A stretch of DNA of 64,000 bases from a virus. The stretch lies in the IMG/VR virus record IMGVR_UViG_3300036861_000477; one strand, written 5' to 3'. The notes under the pieces are model-generated. The model was given only the letters and a program-made list of their open reading frames with translations. It made no database searches and had not been told where the DNA came from. The position numbers and the translations under genes were made by a program. This document shows, one piece after another, positions 1-10,209 of the stretch; position 1 is the first letter of the stretch, and each line of letters opens with the position of its first letter.

Positions 1-1668
1 GGTGGCACTCGTGGTCGCGTTCGGCTTCTTCCACGTCAACTCGATGGAAGCACCCGATGGTGGATCATAGCTCGCAAGTGCAGGGTTGGGGTTTGTGCCC
101 ATCGCGGGGAAGATCGATGCACCTAAGATCTGCCACTGATCGCCAGGCAGTGGTGAACTTGACGACCACGTGAACGGGTTGACCGAGTCACTGGTGAGAC
201 CAATCGGACTGCTCAGTCGAAGTGTGACTTCCTTCCAGCCGTCGATGATCTCAGGAAGTGCGTCGAACGCACTAGGCGTGATCGTCGCTGTGAACGCACC
301 ATCGGCGACAGTGAGCGTCTGCACATTACCGAACTTACGTGCGTAGAATCGGATCTGTGCGTACTGTGTTCCCGTGGTGATCTCAGGTCTTGCGTGCACA
401 TCCTGAATCGCACTGATGCCACTGTACACGGGTGCCGGAATCTGGTTCGAGTACACGTGCGCGCCGGTCACGATGCTTACGGCAGTGTAGAGTCCGATGT
501 CCGTGATGATATCGGTGTTCTCTGACGTAAGTGCCGGATCGGATACAGTGAGCGAGGGAATGAATGTCTTACCTACGATAGGTGGCGGGTCCGCATTGAA
601 CTGGCGAATTCCCGCGTACGTGGGCGGAAACTTCGCCGAAGTGTAATTGCTGATCGAACGATGTGTCGCGGTGACGACGTAGTTTCCAGGTGTAAGTGTC
701 TTACCCGTGGTGAACGCTGTGTCCTTCAGCTGGAGGAAGTACTGCCCGATCTGCGCGACGTTGAGCGGGAATCCTTGGACGATGGGTCGTCGACCACCGT
801 ACGCGACACGAGTTTCCTCACAATAGAATACCTCAAGTGCCGCGTATCCCATGCGCATTAATCCGTACAAACCACCGGACAGTGGCTTAGAGATGACCAC
901 CTGAAGACGTGTTGCGATTGATGTACTCGCATCGAGCTGGTTGAGCTCGGTCCAGCGCCATGGGAATACGTTAGCACCGTTATCGGCATCTTGTCCGGGT
1001 GCCCACAACGGGTTCCAGTCGCCAAAGTCAATGTAGTGATAGTCCGTGTTCAGTGCCAGTTCGAAGGTAAATCCATCACCTACCGCACCCTCGAGACCGG
1101 TCTGGTAGTTGAACTCCTCACTGTGATTGGCTTGCCGCGCGATTTCCACTTGCCAAATGCTCAGTGCCCTGATGTCCGAGTTGGCAGCGGCGGTGTAGAC
1201 CATGCGAACACCTAAGATGCGCTTACCGTTGAGTTCATTCTGGTATGACGCGACGTCGAAGTTAAGCCCAAGCTTATCTCCCGTTGGTGTCGCAGTGTCC
1301 AAGAACGACACATAACCCAGGTCATTCGGGTTAGTGAGCGCGTCCACGGCGGCACCGGATCCACCCGGTGGGACCGCAGCGATCGCGGTACCCGTAATGT
1401 TCAGGGCGTCCAGTGGGATCGTGATTTTACGCACCGGACCTGCGTCGAGTGCCGATGCCTCAGGGTAGACGTTGATACACTCGGCGATACCCGCGATAGT
1501 TTGGGGTGCGAGACCGTTGATGCCCACGTGTCCCGACACGACTAGCGCACTGTGATCGATGCGCATGACGTAGCCACGTTCGTTGAAGTTGTCGGGGATG
1601 TAATCCGCCTGACGAACCGGCACCCACTCCATGCCGACGTTCTGAGGAGAGTGCGGATTGTAGTCCAT
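1..1668 (-). CDS. Large minor tail protein, copy A (partial, runs off window start)
   Basis: Not in the ORF track. My translation from ATG 1668 (MDYNPHSPQNVGMEWVPVRQADY...) stays open to base 1. It lies directly after the tape measure gene and is colinear with 59705..62794. Confidence 0.85.
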   Translation of the reverse strand, partial: MDYNPHSPQNVGMEWVPVRQADYIPDNFNERGYVMRIDHSALVVSGHVGINGLAPQTIAGIAECINVYPEASALDAGPVRKITIPLDALNITGTAIAAVPPGGSGAAVDALTNPNDLGYVSFLDTATPTGDKLGLNFDVASYQNELNGKRILGVRMVYTAAANSDIRALSIWQVEIARQANHSEEFNYQTGLEGAVGDGFTFELALNTDYHYIDFGDWNPLWAPGQDADNGANVFPWRWTELNQLDASTSIATRLQVVISKPLSGGLYGLMRMGYAALEVFYCEETRVAYGGRRPIVQGFPLNVAQIGQYFLQLKDTAFTTGKTLTPGNYVVTATHRSISNYTSAKFPPTYAGIRQFNADPPPIVGKTFIPSLTVSDPALTSENTDIITDIGLYTAVSIVTGAHVYSNQIPAPVYSGISAIQDVHARPEITTGTQYAQIRFYARKFGNVQTLTVADGAFTATITPSAFDALPEIIDGWKEVTLRLSSPIGLTSDSVNPFTWSSSSPLPGDQWQILGASIFPAMGTNPNPALASYDPPSGASIELTWKKPNATTSAT

Positions 1669-1669
1669 C

Positions 1670-4168
1670 TTACATCGCCCTCACCGTCGTGCGTACGTTT
1701 CGCTTACTTATCGCGTCTAGGATGCCAAGCCCAACTGCGTTGCCCGTCTGTCGTGCCTCGGCCACGGTTGGCACGACACCCTCGAAGGAGACGACCACGG
1801 ATCCCGGACCAAATGTCACGCCACTTTGTCCCTCGGCAAAGATCTTACGTAGGAGGCTCTCAGGCGTTACGATTTCACGCTCACCGGCTTCCGCCAAGTT
1901 CGCGAGGGTACCACCCTGCCTGGGTTCGATTACACCACCAGCGGCGAGCTGTGGAATCCGCGGTAGGTCACCCGGGAGGAACTTGTCGACGTTAGAGATG
2001 CCTTCATTGATCCGACTGATAATGCGATTCAGCATCGACTTAATCGCACCAGCGATGGCGCCACCGATGTCGGACACCACAGAACCCGCGGTCTTAAATG
2101 CGTCTCGAATGCGCCCAGGCACACTCTTCACAAAGCCGACGATCGCATTGAACCCACGAATGACTAGTGCTTTGGCGTTGTCCAGCGCACGAGTGAACAG
2201 CCCCGCGATCGCGGGCCCAAGTTGTGTAAGCGCGGCGACCATGCGACCTGGGAGACTCTTCACGAAGTCGACGATCTTGCTACCGCCCTCGGTCGTGCGC
2301 TGGGTGACCGTGTGCCAGAGGTTCGTGAAGAAGTTGGCGAGCAGACCCGGAAGCTCTTTGATCTTGTCGATGATCATTCCAGGCAGCACCGTGAACGCGA
2401 AGAGCAGTAGACCAATGCCGGTGCCGATTGCACGAAGCACACTATCGAAGAGGAAGTTGAAGAATGCTTCGAGCTTACCAGGAAGTGACTGAAGAAAACC
2501 GATGATCTTACCGGGCAACTCCACGAAGAAGCTGATTATCTTGTCACGGAAACCTAGGAGGCTGTCACTGACACTTGAAAGGAAGTCACCAAGGTCGGTG
2601 AAGAAGTTACCGACGGCGGTCTGCGCATCACTCACCGCATCGTCGATGTCACCGATGAAGTCCAGCACACCAGTGAACGCAGCACCCAGTCCAGCGATGA
2701 CCGAGAACGTCGTCTTCGCCGCTTCCAGTGTGTCTTGCAGGAAGTCCTGGCCCTCGGCCGATTTGAAGAAGTCGGCCATCTTGTTGATCGTATCGGTGAG
2801 GGTGCTGAGGAAGTCGCGTCCCTCATCGTCCGCGTTACCGAAGATCGAGACGAAGAGGTTACCCAGTGACTTACCTAGGTCGATGAGCTCCTTGACCGTT
2901 TTAATGGCATCATCGAAGAACTTCTCAAAGCTGCCATTGTCGATCGACGTGGTAAGAAAGTCGGCGAACTTCTCGATCGCGCCGGCGAACGCTTTGCTCA
3001 AGCGCTCGACGAACGGCAGACCCGCACCGATCGACTTGAAGATCGCGGCACCGAGTGTTTGAAACGCGGGTGCGATGATGTCAATGATACGAGCCGTCGT
3101 AGCGAGAAGATCATTGAAGATCTTCACCTGCGCGGGCTGACGCAAGAACTCGGCGAAGTTGCTGACCGCACGCCCGATCGCCGTAGCGATCTTGGACATA
3201 CCCGACTGGAACCCAGGCAAGAGTGCATTCGTAAGAAGTGTCAGGTCCTTGACGACCGGCCGGAAGAACGACTCCTGAATCGCCTTCTTAAACCGTTCCA
3301 GTGACGGTAGCAGCTTCTGGAACTCCAGCGCGACCTTGCGAGCGGACGGCGAGAGAGCGTCCAGTGCCTTCTTGATCTTTTCGGGATCCTTCTCAATGAT
3401 CGCGCTGATCGCATCACTGAATCCTTGGAATGCGATGACGAGTGGCACGATCGCGGCGACCGCTACACCGGCTCCCGCCGGAATGACGGCGACGAGACCA
3501 AGAAGATCGGCAAGTGCTCCCGTGAGCCCAATCACCGGGCCGGTGAGCGCGACGATCGCGGTTAAGATCGCCGCAAAGGTGATGAGACCCGCGGGTGTAA
3601 CCGATGATGTCGCTAGCGCCCCGATCGCTGATCCGATGGACACAAGTGACGCACCGATCGAACTAAAGATCTTTCCCAGCCCACCGAAGCTACCCTCAAC
3701 GCCATCGGCCGCGTTCTCAGCGTGACGTGCCATCTCACGTGACTTCAGTGCAACGACGCGATTGGCCTCGCGGAATGCGTCCTCGATGCGCTCGCCTGCG
3801 CGCTCCCACGAGTCCGCAGCCGAGTCTGCTGCGATGTGTGAGATGGTCGCGATGAGCTCGGTAGCCTTGACACCCTTCTCACTCGCAACGCGGAATGATC
3901 GTTCGATCTTCTCACCCGCGTCATCGAACGACTTCTCAATGACCTTAGCGGTGAGCTTACCATCCTGCTCGACAAGCGTGAACTGCCGCTCGATCTCGCG
4001 GCCCATCTTATCGAAGGACTTTGTGATCTTACGCGTGACGTTCTGTGTGGACTTGTCAAGCTTATCATATGCCGCATCAGTGTCACGCTTGAGGTCACGT
4101 GAGAAGTCCTTAGTGTCCGGATCGATCTCCACGAACACGCGATCGATGGGACCGCCCGGAGTCGTCAC
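1670..4168 (-). CDS. Tape measure protein
   Basis: 832 aa, Ala/Leu-rich helical with a hydrophobic stretch; C-terminal IPQLAAGG...LAEAGEREIVTP motif; follows the tail assembly chaperone. Confidence 0.9.
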   Translation of the reverse strand: MTTPGGPIDRVFVEIDPDTKDFSRDLKRDTDAAYDKLDKSTQNVTRKITKSFDKMGREIERQFTLVEQDGKLTAKVIEKSFDDAGEKIERSFRVASEKGVKATELIATISHIAADSAADSWERAGERIEDAFREANRVVALKSREMARHAENAADGVEGSFGGLGKIFSSIGASLVSIGSAIGALATSSVTPAGLITFAAILTAIVALTGPVIGLTGALADLLGLVAVIPAGAGVAVAAIVPLVIAFQGFSDAISAIIEKDPEKIKKALDALSPSARKVALEFQKLLPSLERFKKAIQESFFRPVVKDLTLLTNALLPGFQSGMSKIATAIGRAVSNFAEFLRQPAQVKIFNDLLATTARIIDIIAPAFQTLGAAIFKSIGAGLPFVERLSKAFAGAIEKFADFLTTSIDNGSFEKFFDDAIKTVKELIDLGKSLGNLFVSIFGNADDEGRDFLSTLTDTINKMADFFKSAEGQDFLQDTLEAAKTTFSVIAGLGAAFTGVLDFIGDIDDAVSDAQTAVGNFFTDLGDFLSSVSDSLLGFRDKIISFFVELPGKIIGFLQSLPGKLEAFFNFLFDSVLRAIGTGIGLLLFAFTVLPGMIIDKIKELPGLLANFFTNLWHTVTQRTTEGGSKIVDFVKSLPGRMVAALTQLGPAIAGLFTRALDNAKALVIRGFNAIVGFVKSVPGRIRDAFKTAGSVVSDIGGAIAGAIKSMLNRIISRINEGISNVDKFLPGDLPRIPQLAAGGVIEPRQGGTLANLAEAGEREIVTPESLLRKIFAEGQSGVTFGPGSVVVSFEGVVPTVAEARQTGNAVGLGILDAISKRNVRTTVRAM

Positions 4169-4506
4169 TAGTTACCTCCTCGCCAAGACTTCATCGTGAA
4201 CATCGTCTGCATGCTCTCCGACGCCGTCGTGTCGTCTTCGTCCCACCAGCTCGGAATCGGGATGCCGCGATCATCCACGCGGTACGCGACGAGCGATCCA
4301 AGTCGTTCACTGGTGAGCCTTTGCGTGATCTTTTCGTGCTCTTCCTCACGTGTGATCGTTAAGACGTAACGGTGCACCAGGTTGAGAAACCGTGGTGCAC
4401 TTAGCTCGAGGGCGTCGATTCCTCGCTCGAGAGCCCAGCCGTCGAAGAGGTACCAGCGCTGTCCGTCTGTGATGAAGTCGAAGAGTTCACAGACGGCGTC
4501 GTAGGG
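4168..4506 (-). CDS. Tail assembly chaperone, post-frameshift segment
   Basis: The -1 frame relative to 4401..4811 reads PYDAVCELFDFITDGQRWYLFDGWALERGIDALELSAPRFLNLVHRY... up to the TMP start, the G/GT arrangement. Confidence 0.6.
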   Translation of the reverse strand, partial: PYDAVCELFDFITDGQRWYLFDGWALERGIDALELSAPRFLNLVHRYVLTITREEEHEKITQRLTSERLGSLVAYRVDDRGIPIPSWWDEDDTTASESMQTMFTMKSWRGGN

Positions 4507-4811
4507 CGGACACTGTACTCCTCGATGAGCCAGTGTAAGATGTCCAGCATCTGACCCAGATCCAGCGGGTTCTCATGCGTTCGCCGGAAGCGCGGCTTGA
4601 TGCGATCAGCGGACTCCGTCGGCATGACGAGCTCAAAGAGCTCGTCCAACGCAGCGAGATCCTCGGTGAGCTTGCCGCTGCGTGAGATGCGAAGCATGTC
4701 CTGCAAGACCTCGGGGGCAACCTTGGGAAAGCACTCGTACGTCTCACCGTCGGCGGTGAAGTCCAGCTTACGCGGCTTCGTCGAGAAGTCACGGGTTCGT
4801 ACCTCGGTCAC
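4401..4811 (-). CDS. Tail assembly chaperone
   Basis: GTG 4811 with GGAG RBS; ends ...EEYSVRPT followed by a Ser/Thr-rich tail; located upstream of TMP. Confidence 0.7.
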   Translation of the reverse strand: MTEVRTRDFSTKPRKLDFTADGETYECFPKVAPEVLQDMLRISRSGKLTEDLAALDELFELVMPTESADRIKPRFRRTHENPLDLGQMLDILHWLIEEYSVRPTTPSVNSSTSSQTDSAGTSSTAGLSSEESTPSS

Positions 4812-4876
4812 GGGATCTCCTAAGATGTGGTAGCAGATCCAACGTAGCACCGTGATGATCAAGCACACTACAGTGC

Positions 4877-5320
4877 CTACCGCTGCGGGCCAATGCGCGC
4901 GGCACTAAGCGCGTCGACGAGAAACGGGTTGGGGCGCATACCCTTAACGGACTTCGTGTAGATAAATCGCTTAGTGCCCTTGGGTCGGAAGCGTAGGTAT
5001 CGCTTCGTGCGCGGTACGATGCGTCGGTGCTTAGGTCCGTAGAGTCCCGTGCCGTCGTGCACGAAGATCGCGTACTCCACATTCGTCCCGATACGCACGA
5101 CGAGCGTCTCACGTCGGCGAAGTTCCACCGCAACGGAGGCGCGAAGTAGTCCCGTGTCAACGCGCTTAGGTCCCGAGTGCCCACCACCGAGGTTCTTTCG
5201 CGCCTGTGCCTGAACTCGGAAGCCTCGCACCAGTAGTGCCCTCGCTACGGGTCCCGTCGAGCTCGTGAGAATCCGGTTGATCTCGGCCTGGTTCAACTTA
5301 TGCGAGATCGTGGATGCCAC
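4877..5320 (-). CDS. HK97 gp10-like neck/tail-completion protein
   Basis: Basic protein with VDTGLLRAS, IGTNVEYAIFVHDGT and GMRPNPFL motifs. Confidence 0.75.
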   Translation of the reverse strand: MASTISHKLNQAEINRILTSSTGPVARALLVRGFRVQAQARKNLGGGHSGPKRVDTGLLRASVAVELRRRETLVVRIGTNVEYAIFVHDGTGLYGPKHRRIVPRTKRYLRFRPKGTKRFIYTKSVKGMRPNPFLVDALSAARIGPQR

Positions 5321-5321
5321 A

Positions 5322-5858
5322 TTAACCGCCGGTGATGTTGAGCCAGAAGACGATCGCTACCTCACCACATGCACCGTTGATCTGGTAATCGGTCGCACCG
5401 ACACGCCAGTCGTCGATAAGACCGTTCGCTTCCATGTCGCCTAGGCAGCAGACGAGACTCTCACGCATGTAGAACTCTTCCACGAGTTGGTAGCGAAGTG
5501 CCGCTGCCTGCTGGGCCATCGTGGGTGGTTCACCACTGGACTTGGGCGATGGGTGGTACTCACAGCGTGTCAACGACACGACGCAACGAAGTGCACTCGG
5601 GCCCACAAAGCAGTGAGGACTTACCGTGTCCTCAACGTTCTCACTTGGGAAGCGACTGGATGGGTACGGTCCGTGCTGGACGGTGACGGCGAGTTGCCCA
5701 CAGTCACAACCGTCCCACGCGACCTCGGGTGCGGGTACGGGACCAACTCGCGCCGGCCGACCCAGCGTGCCGTTCATCACGTTGTCCTGCAGCTCGGTGG
5801 CAAGGCACTCGGCGACACCTGTGAGCGCGGCAAAGTACGTGAGCTGTGTGAGGATCAT
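5322..5858 (-). CDS. Putative tail terminator / head-tail connector
   Basis: Synteny; Cys-rich EVAWDGCDCGQLAV motif typical of cluster-B-like connectors. Confidence 0.55.
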   Translation of the reverse strand: MILTQLTYFAALTGVAECLATELQDNVMNGTLGRPARVGPVPAPEVAWDGCDCGQLAVTVQHGPYPSSRFPSENVEDTVSPHCFVGPSALRCVVSLTRCEYHPSPKSSGEPPTMAQQAAALRYQLVEEFYMRESLVCCLGDMEANGLIDDWRVGATDYQINGACGEVAIVFWLNITGG

Positions 5859-6676
5859 GTGATCGTCGTTCCCGTCACTCGTGAGTCCGGCGCGTCGAGA
5901 TCATACACACGCGCACGCGCCATCAACCCGTGTGGGTTGTAGCGTGTGATAAACTTATCCACGTACTTGAGGTTCTCGAACCCAGACTTAAGCGCGTCCT
6001 CCGCCGACTCGAACGTCAGTGACAATCCTTGTCGTGTCATCTCGGTGAGGTTCGACGGCAGGTCACAGTCACTGCCTAAGATGTCACTGACGATCTCGCA
6101 GAAGAGCTGTCCCACCGCGAGTTTGCCTAGTGTGGGAAGTGGCTCTCCGTAGATCGCGGTGACCGACCACGTACCGACCTGCGTGATGTCCTTGCTGAGG
6201 TCGTTGCACCACGGCCACAACAGGTTATTCAGGCGCACGAGCTTGCGATAGTCGTCCAGCCGGTAGTCCGACCCGCTGACGAGAACGTTGCCATCTAGCG
6301 TCACCTGCACGATGTGCTGGACGGGTCCGGGCAAGATCACCTCATCGATGATCGTGCACGAGCAGCCAGAGCCACACGCTCCGCAGACGATGTTGTACCA
6401 CAGGCCGTTAATCAGTGCCGGTCGCGGACCACCGCCGCCGTACTCCCACCAACCGTTGCTAAGGGCCGGCCAGCTCGCCCCAGAGCATCCCGCGCGGCAT
6501 GGCCGTAGCGTAACCTGGCAAGAGTCGAACCGCTGCGCGGAGGCGTAGTAGATGATCTCACTCGCGGCCTCGAGCGCGTAGCCCGTGATCGCTGCCGACT
6601 CGATCGGAAGCGTGCACATGCTGATGTAGTCATACGGACGGCACGGTCCCGGCCGGTAGAAGTCGTCATCAGCCAT
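5855..6676 (-). CDS. Head-to-tail adaptor
   Basis: Synteny; VTLRPC, YRLDD..LVR, WP.C.D and RQG motifs of the actinophage adaptor family. Confidence 0.65.
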   Translation of the reverse strand: MADDDFYRPGPCRPYDYISMCTLPIESAAITGYALEAASEIIYYASAQRFDSCQVTLRPCRAGCSGASWPALSNGWWEYGGGGPRPALINGLWYNIVCGACGSGCSCTIIDEVILPGPVQHIVQVTLDGNVLVSGSDYRLDDYRKLVRLNNLLWPWCNDLSKDITQVGTWSVTAIYGEPLPTLGKLAVGQLFCEIVSDILGSDCDLPSNLTEMTRQGLSLTFESAEDALKSGFENLKYVDKFITRYNPHGLMARARVYDLDAPDSRVTGTTIT

Positions 6677-6779
6677 GTGCGCTCCTAGTTACGTCAATGA
6701 CGACCAGTCGACACACCCCCGTGCCTGCCGACCGGTCGTCATCTACCCCGCTACCAATCCCCGCGCCTACGCACGAAGC

Positions 6780-7445
6780 TTACGTGAGCAGCACCGCTCC
6801 ACACGTCGCCACCGGCGGTGCCACCGTTGTGATGTTGAAGAGGAACTGCTCGTCTGTCGCCACGTTCTGCTCGATCCACGGGCCAGCAGACCCAGGTCCG
6901 TTGCCCCAGAGCGAACCGGCGTAGTCCGTCTCCGACGTTGTCGAGAACTGCAACGGAGCGTTCTCGAAGTTGAAGTCGTTGACGATCGTGTGACCCACGT
7001 TCGGGAATGCCCAGTAGATGTACTGCTGCTGTCCCGCCGCGTTACACGCACCTCGGCCGGCGACCTTCTGCCAGACCTCGAGCGAGAACCTCGCGGTGAT
7101 GAGACCACCACCAAACGCCACACCCGTGCCGGTGACGGAGTTCGTGGTGAGCAGTCGCTCACCGGTGATGATGACCAGCGCGTCCGGGTCGAGCACGCAC
7201 CAGTTGATGTTGAGCTGCACGAGACTGAGCTCCGGGTCACCCTTCTCGTTGATGCAGAAGGAACCGTCGGCCAGTCGCTGCTGGTAGGTTTCACCCTCCT
7301 CATACTGCGGAGAGGGCGAGATCTGGATGAACCCATTGGTGACGACCTCGGCGCTGCTGGCTCCCGTCACGGGGTTACCGCAGACGTCGACCTTGACTAG
7401 GCGCGCAACGAGACCCTTAATGGCCGATGCGCAACGTGCTGCCAT
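6780..7445 (-). CDS. Major tail (tube) protein
   Basis: RLVKVDVCGNPV...YEEGE...ADGSFCINE motif of cluster-B-like tail tubes; synteny. Confidence 0.8.
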   Translation of the reverse strand: MAARCASAIKGLVARLVKVDVCGNPVTGASSAEVVTNGFIQISPSPQYEEGETYQQRLADGSFCINEKGDPELSLVQLNINWCVLDPDALVIITGERLLTTNSVTGTGVAFGGGLITARFSLEVWQKVAGRGACNAAGQQQYIYWAFPNVGHTIVNDFNFENAPLQFSTTSETDYAGSLWGNGPGSAGPWIEQNVATDEQFLFNITTVAPPVATCGAVLLT

Positions 7446-7457
7446 GTTGATCCCCCG

Positions 7458-8366
7458 TTACGTTGCCGCGTTGGCGGTGCCTGTGATGACGCCACCGGTG
7501 GAGACGAGCACCGCACCGTGGCAGCAGTCCCAGCCGAGCACGTAAGTGCGCTCGACGATCATCTTGAGTGTGTTCACGCTACGAACGAAGCTGTCCGTCT
7601 GCGAACCCACCTGTCGAATGCCCGACCGGTAACCCATGAGCGCACCCGTGGCATAGAGCCACGTCGTACCCGCGGCCGGTGCGGCACCCGCTGGACTGAT
7701 GCCCGGGTAGCCGTAGCCCGGCACCACCCAGTTGCCCTTGTACGTCTGCCAGCGTCCGTTTACCTGGCGCACCAGGTAGTTCGCCACCATCGCCTCGAAG
7801 GCAGCGATCGGTGCGTGGATAAGCGCGACACTTGTATAGCAGTCACCGATGTACTGCTCCAGCGCCGTGAGACCCTCAACGATGTCCAGCGTTCCGGTGA
7901 CCGGAATGCTGGCCGCCGTCTGCAGGACGATCATCGGGTCGAGCGGATCGAGAACTTGCGTGTTCTCGGCGAGGTGAGGAAGAACGAGTTCATCCACACC
8001 GGCCGCGTCACCGGTCCAGAAGACACGCTCGAGTGCCCACGACTCCGAGATGTTGAACTGCTGTCGCACGTTGTTCTCGGCGTCGTCCCAGAAGCCGACC
8101 GGCGAGCAGTCCATCTCCGCGTAGATCGTGAACGGTCGCGCGCCTCGGTGATCACGATCGCTCGTCGCCGACTTTGTCGGGTTCGGTACGCCGGCGACAC
8201 CCGAGATGACGCACCAATCCGTCGTCGTGCTAGCTCCACCACAGAGCACGGGATATGTGATGCCGGCCTGCCAGTGAGGATCCGGATCATCAACCCACTG
8301 GACGTAGTCGACCAGCGTCGATGACGGAGGGGTGCGCAGCGGTGGTGCTACGTTCCAGCGCCTCAT
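7458..8366 (-). CDS. Second capsid protein (pentamer-type, as in cluster B phages)
   Basis: Directly after the major capsid gene; PFTIYA..DCS.VG and ALIH motifs; size about 300 aa. Confidence 0.6.
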   Translation of the reverse strand: MRRWNVAPPLRTPPSSTLVDYVQWVDDPDPHWQAGITYPVLCGGASTTTDWCVISGVAGVPNPTKSATSDRDHRGARPFTIYAEMDCSPVGFWDDAENNVRQQFNISESWALERVFWTGDAAGVDELVLPHLAENTQVLDPLDPMIVLQTAASIPVTGTLDIVEGLTALEQYIGDCYTSVALIHAPIAAFEAMVANYLVRQVNGRWQTYKGNWVVPGYGYPGISPAGAAPAAGTTWLYATGALMGYRSGIRQVGSQTDSFVRSVNTLKMIVERTYVLGWDCCHGAVLVSTGGVITGTANAAT

Positions 8367-8408
8367 TGCTCACTCCCTCCGTCGTCGTAGTAGTCGTCGG
8401 TCACCGGC

Positions 8409-10127
8409 TTAGAGCTGGTTGCCCGAGACGGCCTGACCGGCGCCACCGCGAACCGCGATGTCGTAGGTGACCAGTCGCGACTCGTGACCGATCTTCGCCA
8501 GGAGCCAGCACTCTTCCATCCACGCGGCGGTGAAGTCGTTCGTCGCGTTGAGGACCGAGTCGCGAACCACGCCCAGGTCCAGCGTCATGCCCTGGCCGCG
8601 GACGAACGTGCCGACCGGGAAGAGCAGGAACTGGAAGCCCGATGCCGGCCACGCGGTGGGCGGTGTCGCGGCACCCGGCTGGCCGGTCGACCGAACCTGC
8701 CAGTCCGCGACGAACTGCGCGCGGATGTTGTTGCAGTCGAACCAGTTGGCGATCTCCGCGTTGGAGAGGCACATGCCGTCGGAGAAGTTGAGGTTCGCCC
8801 GAGCCGCGACGTCGTTGCGGATCATGTCCAGCGCAAAACGCGGGTAGATCGCTTCCATCGGAGCGTCGTCGCACATCTGGTACTTCTCGATGAGGTCCCG
8901 GCGCTCGAAGACCGCCGCGTTCACCAGACCCCAGGAGGCCGGCACGTCGGAACCCGTGAGGGTCACCGCCGTCGAGTTGCTCGCCGCGACCAGCTGCTGG
9001 ATGAGCCGGATGTTCATGTAGTGCGCGTGGATCGCCTCGACCAGTCGCAGGTGGTTCGCGATCAGCTCGGGGAACGCATCGCTGGTCAGGTTGCCGACCG
9101 TGACGCACATGCCGTCGCAGTCAAGCGTCGCGTCGACGTACGCCGGGCAGGGAACCCGCACACAGGGCTTCACGCCGGACTGCGCGGTACCCGTGACGGC
9201 CGCGACGTCCTGCGTGTTGTTCCATGTCCAGACGACACCCGGCAGCGCCGAGATGTCACCGTAGGACGGCGAGACCGGCCACGACATGCCACCGCGGTTG
9301 ATGCCGACGGTTGGGAGGTCCACAAGGCCGTCGATGCAGACGACGTTGTAGAAGTCGTACGAGATCTCGTGAGGCGAACACCAGCCGCCAGCGGCCGTGA
9401 GAACCGAGAGGTCCGTAGCCATCTCCATGAGCGCGGAGATCTCGTCGAGGTCCATGCGCTGATCGATGGAACGCGCGAACTTCCGCTGGAGCTGCGCGAC
9501 TGGAACGCGCTGGCCGTTGCCGTGCGCGACGGGTAGGTTCCGCGAGCGCCGGTGCATCGCCTTGACGAGCTCGGACATCGAGGAGATCTGGCCACCCTGG
9601 GTGAAACCCGGGATGTCGGCCGACGCCGTGAGAACGGACATCTCGCGCTCGGGCGCGTCGGACACCTTGGCGAACGACTGCGCCTTGGTCAGATCGACCT
9701 GCTCACCGAAGCCCGGCTTCCGCATGTGCTCGTTGAGGCTGCGCTTCGGTCCGGCCAGACCACCCAGTGCGGTGTGTGCCGTCTTAGCACCACCCACCGG
9801 TCGAGCACCGGCCGTCACGACCTCGCCCTCGAGCACCTCGGTCTCGCCGGCGGCGGCGACCTGCTCGCCTCGGACCCGGGCCAGAGTGGCGTCACGCTCG
9901 GTGGCCAGCTCGGCGCGCTCGGCGACACGGCGGTTCGATTCGTTGCGCTTGCGGTCGACGGAGTCGGCCAGGTACTTCGCGCGGTCGACCGACTCGCGCG
10001 TCACGTTATCGCCCTCGAAGAGCGTGTCGATCTCGGAGAGGGCAGCGCCCTCAAATGCGTCAAGGTCCTCGTCGCTGAGGGTCTGGATCTCGTTCCCCTC
10101 AGGAAGAACCAGCTCGTTCTCGTCCAA
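8409..10127 (-). CDS. Major capsid (hexamer) protein with N-terminal scaffold-like domain
   Basis: 572 aa with acidic coiled-coil N-terminus; LTASADIPG and LTAAGGWCSP motifs. Confidence 0.85.
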   Translation of the reverse strand: MDENELVLPEGNEIQTLSDEDLDAFEGAALSEIDTLFEGDNVTRESVDRAKYLADSVDRKRNESNRRVAERAELATERDATLARVRGEQVAAAGETEVLEGEVVTAGARPVGGAKTAHTALGGLAGPKRSLNEHMRKPGFGEQVDLTKAQSFAKVSDAPEREMSVLTASADIPGFTQGGQISSMSELVKAMHRRSRNLPVAHGNGQRVPVAQLQRKFARSIDQRMDLDEISALMEMATDLSVLTAAGGWCSPHEISYDFYNVVCIDGLVDLPTVGINRGGMSWPVSPSYGDISALPGVVWTWNNTQDVAAVTGTAQSGVKPCVRVPCPAYVDATLDCDGMCVTVGNLTSDAFPELIANHLRLVEAIHAHYMNIRLIQQLVAASNSTAVTLTGSDVPASWGLVNAAVFERRDLIEKYQMCDDAPMEAIYPRFALDMIRNDVAARANLNFSDGMCLSNAEIANWFDCNNIRAQFVADWQVRSTGQPGAATPPTAWPASGFQFLLFPVGTFVRGQGMTLDLGVVRDSVLNATNDFTAAWMEECWLLAKIGHESRLVTYDIAVRGGAGQAVSGNQL

Positions 10128-10209
10128 CCCCGTAACCCCTCACGATGAGAACTTGTGATCTAGCACCGATTGTATATCGTTGGGAAGCGATTCTCCGGAG
10201 AGATCACTT

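Noticed and set aside
1-1668. Tail copies A and A-prime as a terminal repeat or assembly duplication
   Set aside because: They differ throughout at protein and DNA level; in the 5-prime ends I compared, the longest exact match was about 15 bp.
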